Assembly: GCA_965208125.1 (NCBI GenBank)
Contig: OZ242320.1
Coordinates: 640,001 to 704,000 of the forward strand
Length of the DNA: 64,000 bases
Source: Candidatus Latescibacterota bacterium
Lineage (GTDB): Bacteria > Latescibacterota > UBA2968
Direction of reading: 5' to 3'
The notes under the pieces are model-generated. The model searched no databases. It had not been told where the DNA came from and was given only the letters and a program-made list of their open reading frames with translations. The position numbers and the translations under genes were made by a program. Below are positions 52,698-61,588 of this stretch, in pieces. Position 1 is the first letter of the stretch; each line of letters opens with the position of its first letter.

Positions 52698-53483
52698 CTA
52701 TCGCCCCTGAAAATCCGGCTTGCGCTTCTCCATAAATGCCGCGCGGCCCTCTTTGTAATCCTCACTCGCAAAACAGGCATCGATAATCCGCTGGCACAAA
52801 TCGAGATCGCGCTCATCCGCATCTTTGCCAATCTCTGCAATAATCTGCTTGGTTGCCCTGATCGTAAGCGGCGCATTGCCCGCAATAGTCTCTGCATAAT
52901 CATCCACATAAGCGTCTAACTCATCCCGCGACAAAACCCGGTTAATCAGGCCCATGTGATACGCCTCAGAAGCATTAAACCGGCGCGCCGTAAACAAAAT
53001 CTCGCACGCATTGGCAGGACCCACCAGACCCACAAGTGGTTTGAGCGCACCGTACCCATACCCCAGACCCAGCTTCGCAGCGGGAATGGCAAAAGACGAA
53101 TCATCGGACGCAATCCGCAAATCGCAACACAGCGCAGTAGCAAGCCCCCCGCCAATACAATACCCCGCAATTTTGGCAATCGTGGGCTTGAGCACCTGCG
53201 CGAGCTTCTCATAAGCGCGTCCCATAGTCGCATTATACACCTCCACCGCATCTGCCGTCCCGCGTTGCGCTTCAAACTGCGAAATATCCGCCCCCGCAGA
53301 AAACGCCCTGCCGCCCGCGCCCGAAAGCACAATAACGCGAACAGCATCATCCGATTCAAAATCGTCAATCGCCCGCGCCATACCCTGCCACATCTCATAA
53401 GAAATGGCATTGTGTTTCTCCGGCTGATTCAGGCGAATATGTCCAACACCGCCATCTTTTTGCACAATAATTTTATCCGTCAT
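52698..53483 (-). CDS. Enoyl-CoA hydratase/isomerase
   Basis: AFSAGADI, GYCIGGG, CDLRIAS, EGRAAFMEKRKP. Confidence 0.93.
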   Translation of the reverse strand: MTDKIIVQKDGGVGHIRLNQPEKHNAISYEMWQGMARAIDDFESDDAVRVIVLSGAGGRAFSAGADISQFEAQRGTADAVEVYNATMGRAYEKLAQVLKPTIAKIAGYCIGGGLATALCCDLRIASDDSSFAIPAAKLGLGYGYGALKPLVGLVGPANACEILFTARRFNASEAYHMGLINRVLSRDELDAYVDDYAETIAGNAPLTIRATKQIIAEIGKDADERDLDLCQRIIDACFASEDYKEGRAAFMEKRKPDFQGR

Positions 53484-53503
53484 TGAATCCCTCACAGAGA
53501 ACA

Positions 53504-54691
53504 TCAAACGACATTCTCCTCTTTCATAGTCGCAATTTCATCTTCCGAAAACCCAAACTCGCGCAAAATCTCATCCGTATGCTCACCCCGTTCGGGCGAC
53601 GCCCTGTAGGGCAAGTCTGACGCATTACTCAAATTAGTTGCATTCCTCACCACCTCATAATCCCCCATAACGCTGTGATTCACTGAACGCGACATTTTCA
53701 AGTGCATAACCTGCGGATCGGACCACATCTCATCCATCTTATAAATCGGCCCACACGGCACACCCGCTTCATTCAGCGCATCAATCCAATAGGCACTATC
53801 TCGCCCTACAAAATACTTTTGCAAATGCTCGTTTAGCGCATCCCGATTTGTCAACCGCACTCCGCCATTAATAAACCTCTCATCCCTGTACAAATCTCCA
53901 GCACCCAGCACATCGCACAAACGCTGCCACATAAGCTCCCCGCTACAGGCAATATTGATATACCCATCGCGGGTCTGAAACACCCCCGTCGGAATACTCG
54001 TAGGATGATTATTACCCGCCTGCTCGGGCACCTCATTTGCAATCAACCATCGCGCCGCCTGAAAATCCAGCATCGCAATCTGAGCTTCCAGCAATGACGT
54101 ATGCACCCACTGACCCTCCCCGGTCTCCTCGCGCTGAAGCAAAGCAGTGAGAATACCAATAGCGGTGTACAAACCCGAAGCGAGATCTGCAATCGGCACC
54201 CCAACGCGCACCGGCCCCTGCCCCGGCAAACCCGTAATCCACATTAACCCCCCCATACCCTGTGCAATCTGATCAAAACCCGGGCGCAATCTATACGGCC
54301 CCTCCTGCCCAAATCCCGAAATACTCGCGTACACAATACCCGAATTCTCTCTCTTACACCTCTCATACCCAATGTCAAGGCGATCTTTCACATCGGGCCT
54401 AAAATTCTCCACCACCACATCCGCGCGCTTAACCATGCGGAAAAACGCCTCGCGCCCCGCATCGGCTTTGAGATTCAAAGTCATCCCGCGTTTGTTTCTG
54501 TGCAAATTCTGAAAATCCGGCCCGTGACGCGGTCCCCCCATGGTCTTCGCCTCGTCAATATTCTCAGGCGGCTCAATTTTAATAATATTCGCCCCCCAAT
54601 CCGCAAGCTGACGCACAGCAGTGGGACCCGCACGCACGCGGGTCAAATCGAGCACAGTAAAACGGGCGAGAGGTGCATGTCCATTTTTCAT
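53504..54691 (-). CDS. Family III CoA-transferase (CaiB/BaiF)
   Basis: DLTRVRAGP, ENFRP, PGFDQIAQ, PIADL. Confidence 0.93.
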   Translation of the reverse strand: MKNGHAPLARFTVLDLTRVRAGPTAVRQLADWGANIIKIEPPENIDEAKTMGGPRHGPDFQNLHRNKRGMTLNLKADAGREAFFRMVKRADVVVENFRPDVKDRLDIGYERCKRENSGIVYASISGFGQEGPYRLRPGFDQIAQGMGGLMWITGLPGQGPVRVGVPIADLASGLYTAIGILTALLQREETGEGQWVHTSLLEAQIAMLDFQAARWLIANEVPEQAGNNHPTSIPTGVFQTRDGYINIACSGELMWQRLCDVLGAGDLYRDERFINGGVRLTNRDALNEHLQKYFVGRDSAYWIDALNEAGVPCGPIYKMDEMWSDPQVMHLKMSRSVNHSVMGDYEVVRNATNLSNASDLPYRASPERGEHTDEILREFGFSEDEIATMKEENVV

Positions 54692-54706
54692 AACACAAGT
54701 AACTCC

Positions 54707-55513
54707 TCAATAACTTACGCTTTGCACACCCGGCGGCATCTTAGGCGGCAGAGGTTGAACAATCTTACGTCGTTCAGGCGTCAACCGCGCAATCAACTCG
54801 GGCGAAGGCTGATAGCCATATCGGTCATTGCCCCAGTGCGGACCATAGCGAATAATAGCAACGCGTCGTTCCCCCGTGCGCGTGCGCTCTGACGAACCGT
54901 GCGCCATACAATCCACAAAAAAAATCGCATCACCCGCGTCGAGCTGAATCTGAACAGCCGCCTCAACGCGATCCAGCGAATGCCCACTACCCGTACCCTC
55001 GGGATCCTCAAACGCGGGATGAAGCAAATTGGACTTATGCGAACCGGGAATCGCCATCGTCGCCCCATCGCCATCCCCAATATCGTTAAGCGCCAGCAAA
55101 ATATTGATCTGCCCACACCGAAACTGATTGTTGTGAAAGCGAAACTGCGTGCGGATGCGCCGCTTGTGCGCGCCCGAATGAATGCGCGTCGCACCGCCCC
55201 GAGACCGAATATCAATAAATGACTCATCTATAAAAAGACCGTCATCCCCACCGACAAAGCGCCCCATGTGATGAACCCACGATGGATGGTCAATCAAGCG
55301 TTCAAAAGGTTCACCCATCTCAAAAATATTGTGCAAATGTCGTGGCCCCCCGCTCCGATGAACCCACCCCCGCCATCCATCGGGTTCGAGATCGTCATAC
55401 GTATCGATAATCTCATTGAGTTCGACGAGATGTTCGGCATCCACGGCATTTTTCAGCACAATATAGCCGCGCAAATCAAAAAGATATTCCTCCATTTCAG
55501 TCGGTCGCATCAT
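54707..55513 (-). CDS. PhyH-family Fe(II)/2-oxoglutarate enzyme with HxG motif
   Basis: FDLRGY, RIHSG, DGATMAIPGSHK, AGDAIFF...HGS...R. Confidence 0.85.
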   Translation of the reverse strand: MMRPTEMEEYLFDLRGYIVLKNAVDAEHLVELNEIIDTYDDLEPDGWRGWVHRSGGPRHLHNIFEMGEPFERLIDHPSWVHHMGRFVGGDDGLFIDESFIDIRSRGGATRIHSGAHKRRIRTQFRFHNNQFRCGQINILLALNDIGDGDGATMAIPGSHKSNLLHPAFEDPEGTGSGHSLDRVEAAVQIQLDAGDAIFFVDCMAHGSSERTRTGERRVAIIRYGPHWGNDRYGYQPSPELIARLTPERRKIVQPLPPKMPPGVQSVSY

Positions 55514-56184
55514 TCTCCCCTAAGAATATTGCACAACTCCGATAAACTGCTAATCTCATAATCAGGCTCCGGAATATCGTCCCGCCGCACCGCCCCATCC
55601 CGGTTGAGCCATGCAATGGAAATACCAGCCCGCCTTGCACCCACAATATCGTCCTCCTGAGAATCGCCGACATACAGAGTCTGATCGGGATCGGCACCGA
55701 GAGCCTCAAACGCAGAAAAGAAAATATCGGGATTCGGCTTATAACACCGCGCGGACTCCGAACTAACCACAACCGGAAAACTCAGATCATTAGCACGCAA
55801 AGCAGACGTGAGATGCCCGTGATCCGCATTGGAAATCACACCAATTTTCACATCGGGCAAAGCATCAATAGCCGGTTTCACATCGCAAAACAAGGGCGTG
55901 CGACCAAAAGCGTCAAAAAGATCTGCCGTATAAGACTCGGGATTCGCCCGCACACTCAAATCGGCAAACGTCTTCTCCAGACCAATAATATGCGCGTCCC
56001 AAAACGTGATAAAATCCCCCTCTCTCAACAGGGGGAAAAAGTAGCGATCCCAGTGATCGAGAAACGCCTCCTTACTCATATCGATCTGCAAATCATCGAC
56101 AATAATCTGACACGTCTCATACAGCGCATCAAAAGCCTTATCAAAAAGCGTCCCATACCCATCAAAAAAAATCGTCCCGTACAT
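55510..56184 (-). CDS. HAD hydrolase (haloacid dehalogenase type II-like)
   Basis: FDGYGTLFD, SNAD, YKPNP, VGDS..DD. Confidence 0.88.
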   Translation of the reverse strand: MYGTIFFDGYGTLFDKAFDALYETCQIIVDDLQIDMSKEAFLDHWDRYFFPLLREGDFITFWDAHIIGLEKTFADLSVRANPESYTADLFDAFGRTPLFCDVKPAIDALPDVKIGVISNADHGHLTSALRANDLSFPVVVSSESARCYKPNPDIFFSAFEALGADPDQTLYVGDSQEDDIVGARRAGISIAWLNRDGAVRRDDIPEPDYEISSLSELCNILRGE

Positions 56185-56930
56185 TACCGATAATCCTCCG
56201 CATCCCCCTCGGGTTCAAAACCGAGCACATCGCGCGCATGCGTCATATCTCGATAGCTGTATTTATTATTCGAAACCACATAAAAAATATCAAACTTGAG
56301 ATCATCAGACACCTCAATACACGACTCGACCATGCCAGCAATCGTACTTTGACTGCACCACACAGAATAACCGCGCGTACCATTGGGCTGATCCTCTGCA
56401 TTCACCGCACCAATGCGAAGACAAATAACAGACAGATCCGTACTATCGGCATAATGCCGCGCCAAAGCCTCGCCCCAGACCTTTGTACACCCGTAAATCC
56501 CGCGCGGGCGCGTAGGCGTCTGGTGGGAAAATTTATCCCAACTCTCGGGCACCTCATCGTATCGCCCCGACACAATCGCACCATACGGCGAATCGTTCTC
56601 CCAACCCGCTGTCACCGACCCGCTACTGGCAAAAATAACGCGCTTGACCCCGGCGCGGAGCGCCGCTTCAAAAACATTATAAGTCCCCACGATATTATGC
56701 GCGACAAACCCCTCAAAATCGCTTCTAATCGCAGCAGCCAGATGCACAACCGTATCAATCCCCTCAAACGCCGGGCAAATCGCATCAAAATCCGAAATAT
56801 CAGCCCGACGACAATCCACGTCAGCCACATCGCGGCGATTGAGCGCGCGAAGCTCATACTTCCCCTCGAGTTGCTCGCGAACAGCCCCGCCAATAAGCCC
56901 ACTCATGCCCGTAATAAGAATTTTTTTCAT
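56184..56930 (-). CDS. NAD-dependent epimerase/dehydrogenase (uronate dehydrogenase-like)
   Basis: ITGMSGLIG, FASS, YGCTKVWGE. Confidence 0.85.
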   Translation of the reverse strand: MKKILITGMSGLIGGAVREQLEGKYELRALNRRDVADVDCRRADISDFDAICPAFEGIDTVVHLAAAIRSDFEGFVAHNIVGTYNVFEAALRAGVKRVIFASSGSVTAGWENDSPYGAIVSGRYDEVPESWDKFSHQTPTRPRGIYGCTKVWGEALARHYADSTDLSVICLRIGAVNAEDQPNGTRGYSVWCSQSTIAGMVESCIEVSDDLKFDIFYVVSNNKYSYRDMTHARDVLGFEPEGDAEDYR

Positions 56931-56976
56931 GTGTTATCTCCCTGAATGTTTCACCTCTCTATAAAATCACATCAGC

Positions 56977-57046
56977 GGGCGACCACAGGGGGTCGCCCCT
57001 ACAAACACGACAATATCATCGTAGGGGAAGGCCCCTGTACCGTCCC
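56977..57046. repeat. Inverted GTAG-REP doublet
   Basis: gggcgaccacagggggtcgcccctac, 18-nt spacer, gtaggggaaggcccctgtaccgtccc. Confidence 0.75.
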
Positions 57047-57178
57047 CAGTAGTCAGCCCTTGTAGCATCCTCAATGAGGATACATTGAGAATCGGAATTT
57101 ATCAAGACCGATTTTGCTTGTGGTTCTCTCTTCTTATGCCCGAAGACAAATCCATTGAACCACCAATGAGACCCTAAT

Positions 57179-57217
57179 AAAAAAAGCCCAACGGTTTGGA
57201 AGAGGCCGTTGGGCTTC
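57179..57217 (-). terminator. Intrinsic terminator
   Basis: aagcccaacgg...ccgttgggctt with adjacent A-run (U-tract on minus). Confidence 0.7.
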
Positions 57218-57260
57218 ACCTAAAAGATAAGGACCGATCACACCCTTAGCTGCTTTTCAA

Positions 57261-57308
57261 TTACAGACGCCTGAGTAACTGGTCATAGTCCGCATGCGAT
57301 CCTATCCA
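57261..57308 (-). pseudogene. C-terminal remnant of a RelE/ParE-like toxin
   Basis: Reads WIGSHADYDQLLRRL* in a frame overlapping the end of the upstream ORF. Confidence 0.65.
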
Positions 57309-57528
57309 ATGAAAAAACATCATCAAGTGGCACCATATCACCCGCAGCAACTTCCCTTCTTACTCCTTTAGCCAAACGATCCCACTCCTCATCAGTTGTG
57401 GCCTCAAAACGTTCTGTCCAGGCCTGATCATCTTTCAGATCAGCTATAATACGTGCGGCAATGGCATCCCGTTGGTCTTGCGGCAGTTTTTGAATCTCTG
57501 CGACTACCTGTTCAAGTAAATCAGCCAT
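57283..57528 (-). CDS. Putative antitoxin (small acidic protein)
   Basis: MADLLEQVVAEIQKLPQDQRDAIAARIIADLKDDQAW; RBS GGAG. Confidence 0.75.
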   Translation of the reverse strand: MADLLEQVVAEIQKLPQDQRDAIAARIIADLKDDQAWTERFEATTDEEWDRLAKGVRREVAAGDMVPLDDVFSLDRIACGL

Positions 57529-57684
57529 TTCTGTGACTCCCTGCATAAATGCTCTGCTGACTTAAAATATAACTTCAAATAACAATATTAACCAGATAGA
57601 TTTCTTGTCAGCGACTATAAAGTGCAGGTAGTTATGGGGATTAGGATTATGTATTTTTGAGACTTATATCCCCATGACCACCTG

Positions 57685-57724
57685 AAATAAGCCCGTTGAT
57701 CGGCTGTGATTAACGGGCTTGTTG
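57685..57724 (-). terminator. Intrinsic terminator
   Basis: aagcccgttgatc...gattaacgggctt hairpin. Confidence 0.6.
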
Positions 57725-57746
57725 TGTTATACTTGAGATGGCCAAG

Positions 57747-57782
57747 TTAGAATGAGATATGCGCGCCGAGCCAAAGGGTCAT
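57747..57782 (-). pseudogene. N-terminal remnant of a DUF5615 PIN-like toxin
   Basis: ATGA overlap with DUF433 stop; MTLWLGAHISF* resembles the MTxWxDAHLS start of this family. Confidence 0.6.
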
Positions 57783-58003
57783 GCAGCGAGGACCGGATGG
57801 TTAAGCCGATTACTGGCAAATCGCAGACAGGCGCGGATGTCCTCAGGCTTAAGATCTGGATGTTCAGATATAATTTGTTCACGAGTCAAGTCATGAGCGA
57901 GCAGATCCAGCACATCCGTGACGCGAATCCGCATACCCCGAATACAGGGTCGTCCCCCGCACTGATTGGGATTGACCGTGATACGATCTGTTAGAGTAGC
58001 CAT
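57779..58003 (-). CDS. DUF433 antitoxin
   Basis: RITVNPNQCGGRPCIRGMRIRVTDVLDLLA...DIRACLRFA. Confidence 0.92.
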   Translation of the reverse strand: MATLTDRITVNPNQCGGRPCIRGMRIRVTDVLDLLAHDLTREQIISEHPDLKPEDIRACLRFASNRLNHPVLAA

Positions 58004-58111
58004 AGCTGTCCTTTCTTCCACAAAATAGCTCCCTGTATGAAATGCTCTGATTATAGGACTATTTTTTAGCTGAGACCCTCAACTAACTCCCGCTGGCGAT
58101 TTTCTCAGACA

Positions 58112-58333
58112 TTACGGCCCTGTTGGCTTGCCCAGTCGCCGTTGTTCCGCTTCCCATTGGAGCGCAGCCTCTTGAGTGGTGCGAAAACCGACCTGAAAAA
58201 TGTGGCCCCTGTCCCAACCGGGTTTTCGCTGGTGCTCGGCCTCGCGGCGATCAAGATCTCTGGTGATGCCCGTGTGGACAATGCGATTGCCCAACTTAAA
58301 GTGGTATTTGTAAACGGTTCTGCTGGTTGCCAT
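58112..58333 (-). CDS. Minimal GIY-YIG-like protein
   Basis: VYKYHF...HTGITRDLDRREAEH...AALQWE; RBS GGAGG. Confidence 0.65.
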   Translation of the reverse strand: MATSRTVYKYHFKLGNRIVHTGITRDLDRREAEHQRKPGWDRGHIFQVGFRTTQEAALQWEAEQRRLGKPTGP

Positions 58334-58337
58334 GTTG

Positions 58338-58850
58338 TTAAACCTCCACAATAAATTCCTCGCTTAAAATGATACAGTATTCCACGAATTTTTCACAGTC
58401 TAACAATGCGCGAGTCGCTTGTTGTCCCCTTCTTCCTCTTCGTCTTCCTCGAACAGTGATTGTTCCTTTATAGTAATCTGCCTTCCAGGTGCCCTCAAGA
58501 GTGCTTTCTTCATCATCGGGATCGTAAGAAAGAATTTCTACAGCGTGGATGATAGCGTTACACGCAGTGCGAAAATTCAGATCACCATAGCCTCTATGTG
58601 GAAAATTATTACAGTATTGTCCACATATCTGTGCCCCTATAGCGTGGTTTTTGATATCAAGCAACTGGCGAGTCGCTATAGCTATCCATATCAATAGCCT
58701 ATTGACTTCGTTGTCATGGTTAATTTCGGACAAATTTCTGAAATTCGCATTCATCGCAACTTTTTCGTCTGCCAACAACAAGGTAAGCAGTTGGTAAAGG
58801 TCACGACGATAGGAAGGAATGTTTATGATAGGGGATTCGTCTTGGACCAT
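58338..58850 (-). CDS. Hypothetical protein (low-GC island)
   Basis: 170-aa open frame, co-oriented with neighbours. Confidence 0.65.
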   Translation of the reverse strand: MVQDESPIINIPSYRRDLYQLLTLLLADEKVAMNANFRNLSEINHDNEVNRLLIWIAIATRQLLDIKNHAIGAQICGQYCNNFPHRGYGDLNFRTACNAIIHAVEILSYDPDDEESTLEGTWKADYYKGTITVRGRRRGRRGQQATRALLDCEKFVEYCIILSEEFIVEV

Positions 58851-59022
58851 TCTCTACTTCTCTATCAGGATGATTGACAATTATAGAATACTGGGGCTAT
58901 TCAAAGCGTTTCGCTTATACAACCATTTTTCTTTATTAGAGCAGCAAAGGGATTAGTTCAGGTCGATTTCATCTGCGGCGGCGTAACCTTCCCTTGTGAC
59001 TTCAAACATTTCGAAAAGGGAA

Positions 59023-59073
59023 TTATCCCTTTCGCAATTCTTTGATGCGGAATCTACGTCTTCTCGACGGCAT
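59023..59073 (-). pseudogene. N-terminal remnant of an RloB-like gene
   Basis: RBS GAGGA then MPSRRRRFRIKELRKG*, directly downstream of the AAA_21 ATPase. Confidence 0.5.
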
Positions 59074-59119
59074 CAGTCCGTTCCTCTATTTTTTTCGGAT
59101 TATGAAGATTTGCAAATAA

Positions 59120-60418
59120 TCATCCTGGCGAGATGCGAGGGATACCTCCCATCCGCCCCTGCAAATAACTTTTCCGAATATCCTTGTCATAACGAACATC
59201 TTTGTACTCGCTAAAAGAAAACAGACTCGACACACCAGCCTCATCCCTTTCCGCCGCCCACATTTCGTCCCGACGCAACAACTGCTGATCCATCAGCATA
59301 ACATTATGGGTCGTCAGCAGCAATTGCATCCGAGTCTCCTCAGAACAACTATCCAGATATAGCTCAAGCAATTGGCGAATCAGCAGGGGATGCAGACTGC
59401 GTTCAATGTCATCAATAATATAAACTCTCTGCGACACTTGTGCTGAAAGCTCGAGAAAGGCGGGCAGTAGATCGATAACTCGTTGCGAACCATCCGATTC
59501 CTGATAAATCTCAAATCTGGCCTCTGTACCATCCGATTTTGGGTGGAAAGTGACCGGTCTTTTTGCGATTAACTCTCCATCCTTGCGAGTAACCACGATG
59601 CGATTGGTCTGCGGTTCCATCAGCAACCGAACAGCCATGCCTTCTTTGACCTCTTCCTGAAGCTCTGTCTTTAATGGCTCGGGAATCGATATATTTTCTA
59701 ATGGAATTTCTTCACTGCCAAGATGGGAAATTCCGGTATCGAGCCGTGGCAACATCTCGTTCATAGCCGCGTAAAGTGGATGTCCCTCATCGAGAAATAT
59801 CTCGAAAAGATCAAACCGCGAGTCGGGTGCCACCAGTACAAGCGTATTCTCAAACCAGTCATAGACCGGCCTGAAATAGTCGATATTTTGGGATACGGAG
59901 TTGGTCAAGAAAAGCTGATTGTCCCGGGTTCCCCTGAAAACGAATGGGAAGAAATCGTCTTTGGAGAGCGATTTGTCAAAGCTGAGTTCGCCGTCTCGTC
60001 GATCATAGAGCACTTTTTCACTCGTACTCGTTATCTTCACCAGTCTTTCTTCCCGCACCACCTTTTGGGTCACTGCAAAGCTAAAATCGTAGATGGTCTC
60101 ATCAATCAGCAACTCAAAAGCAAAGCGCGAAGGCTTACTGCTCCCCTCGGCCTCCAACCGAAATGTCTCAATTGGAATCAGGCTATCGGGTCTGGTACCT
60201 TTAATAACCAGCGTCTTGGCAAAATTTAGAGCCTTAAAAAAATTCGTCTTGCCCGATGCATTGCCGCCATAAATCGCCGCAATCGGAAGAACTCGCGTTT
60301 GGTACTTGCCGAGCTTTGGGACGCGTTCTCCATGCTGACGCTCTCGGCTGGCAACCATCGAAAAGGTGGTTGGGTCGCGGAAAGACATCCAGTTTTCTAC
60401 TGAGAAACTGATTATCAT
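59120..60418 (-). CDS. AAA_21 ATPase (RloA/AbiEii-like)
   Basis: [50 protein letters not shown]. Confidence 0.9.
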   Translation of the reverse strand: MIISFSVENWMSFRDPTTFSMVASRERQHGERVPKLGKYQTRVLPIAAIYGGNASGKTNFFKALNFAKTLVIKGTRPDSLIPIETFRLEAEGSSKPSRFAFELLIDETIYDFSFAVTQKVVREERLVKITSTSEKVLYDRRDGELSFDKSLSKDDFFPFVFRGTRDNQLFLTNSVSQNIDYFRPVYDWFENTLVLVAPDSRFDLFEIFLDEGHPLYAAMNEMLPRLDTGISHLGSEEIPLENISIPEPLKTELQEEVKEGMAVRLLMEPQTNRIVVTRKDGELIAKRPVTFHPKSDGTEARFEIYQESDGSQRVIDLLPAFLELSAQVSQRVYIIDDIERSLHPLLIRQLLELYLDSCSEETRMQLLLTTHNVMLMDQQLLRRDEMWAAERDEAGVSSLFSFSEYKDVRYDKDIRKSYLQGRMGGIPRISPG

Positions 60419-60572
60419 CTCACCACCTCCTAATGTGGTATTTTCGGTTTATATCATCTTAAATTTAGAGAATTTTAGCCATAAATCAAGGTAGATAGAG
60501 AAAAAATCTCTTTAAATACTTTTTTTACTAATGATCATCGGGTTGCAACCACAGAAACAGGTACAAAAAACA

Positions 60573-60623
60573 GGGCGACCACAAGGGTCGCCCCTACTGT
60601 CGCGGCAGGGATGCCGCTCCTAC
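60573..60623. repeat. Two tandem GTAG-REP variants
   Basis: gggcgaccacaagggtcgcccctac and cgcggcagggatgccgctcctac. Confidence 0.75.
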
Positions 60624-60654
60624 GATTTAATTTTCCCACTTCCAACTTCTCCCT

Positions 60655-61575
60655 TCACACTTCTAACCCCACACCAAACGCCCTCTCAAATTCCTCCCAG
60701 AGATCGAGATCGACATCGGCAGTGGAATCGGAGAGCACCTCGTCGAGTTCGCGGGGAGAAGCCGGTCCCACAAGAAGCATGCCATTGCCATTTAAAGGTG
60801 CCGCCAGACAAAATTGCAGGGCGAATCGGCGAATACTAATGCCCCGCGCATTGCACCACTCCCACATCGCAACAGCGCGCTCTGCCTGTCCTGGATAGCG
60901 GCGACCAGACAACTCGGCATCGGGTCTGGGACCAGCCAGCAGGCCCATCCCCTGCACACTCGCCAGAATAAGACCCACATCGTGCTCAAGCGCGAGAGGA
61001 ATCGTCGTCTCCGCAGCTGTCTGACTCAGCAGCGTATAATCGAGAAACGTAATCACAATATCGCAAACCCCCGTCTCAATCGCGTAGCGGTGAAAATCGT
61101 GCGAACGACAGCCAATACCCGTATATCCAATCAACCCCTCGTCTCTCATCTTCAAAAGCTCATCCGAAGCAAATCCCGGTGAATAAACCTCTTCTATATC
61201 CCTCGGATCGTGGATAAGCAACGCATCGATATAATCCGTCTTGAGCTGTCTCAGACTATTTTCAACCGTCCACCGGATCGACTTCGCCGAAAAATCGTGC
61301 CGCCGATCCCGATGGGTACCCGCCTTAGTCTGCAAATAAACCTTCTCCCGGTACCCCCCTTGAAGCGCGAGACCCACACGCCGCTCGCTCTCGCCCCCGC
61401 CATAAGCAGCAGACGTATCGATAAAATTAATCCCCCGATCAATCGCCTCCCGCACAGTCGCGATCCCCTCGTCATCAGAGACCCGCTGCGGACTGCCGAG
61501 AAAAGCACAGCCAAGACCAATCGCTTTGGGTTTAAGTTCCGTGCGACCAAGACGTCGCGTTTCGAGTTCTGGCAT
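60655..61575 (-). CDS. Aldo/keto reductase
   Basis: RRLGRT, GINFIDTSAAYG, SLRQLKTDYID.LLIH. Confidence 0.92.
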   Translation of the reverse strand: MPELETRRLGRTELKPKAIGLGCAFLGSPQRVSDDEGIATVREAIDRGINFIDTSAAYGGGESERRVGLALQGGYREKVYLQTKAGTHRDRRHDFSAKSIRWTVENSLRQLKTDYIDALLIHDPRDIEEVYSPGFASDELLKMRDEGLIGYTGIGCRSHDFHRYAIETGVCDIVITFLDYTLLSQTAAETTIPLALEHDVGLILASVQGMGLLAGPRPDAELSGRRYPGQAERAVAMWEWCNARGISIRRFALQFCLAAPLNGNGMLLVGPASPRELDEVLSDSTADVDLDLWEEFERAFGVGLEV

Positions 61576-61588
61576 AGCATCTCCTTAT

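Noticed and set aside
50325-56979. 15-nt direct repeat aatcacatcagcggg at 50325 and 56965 as att sites
   Set aside because: A 15-mer match is roughly expected by chance in 64 kb, the enclosed genes are ordinary metabolism, and there is no integrase
56977-60623. Integron cassette array
   Set aside because: No convincing attC sites or intI; the hairpins look like terminators
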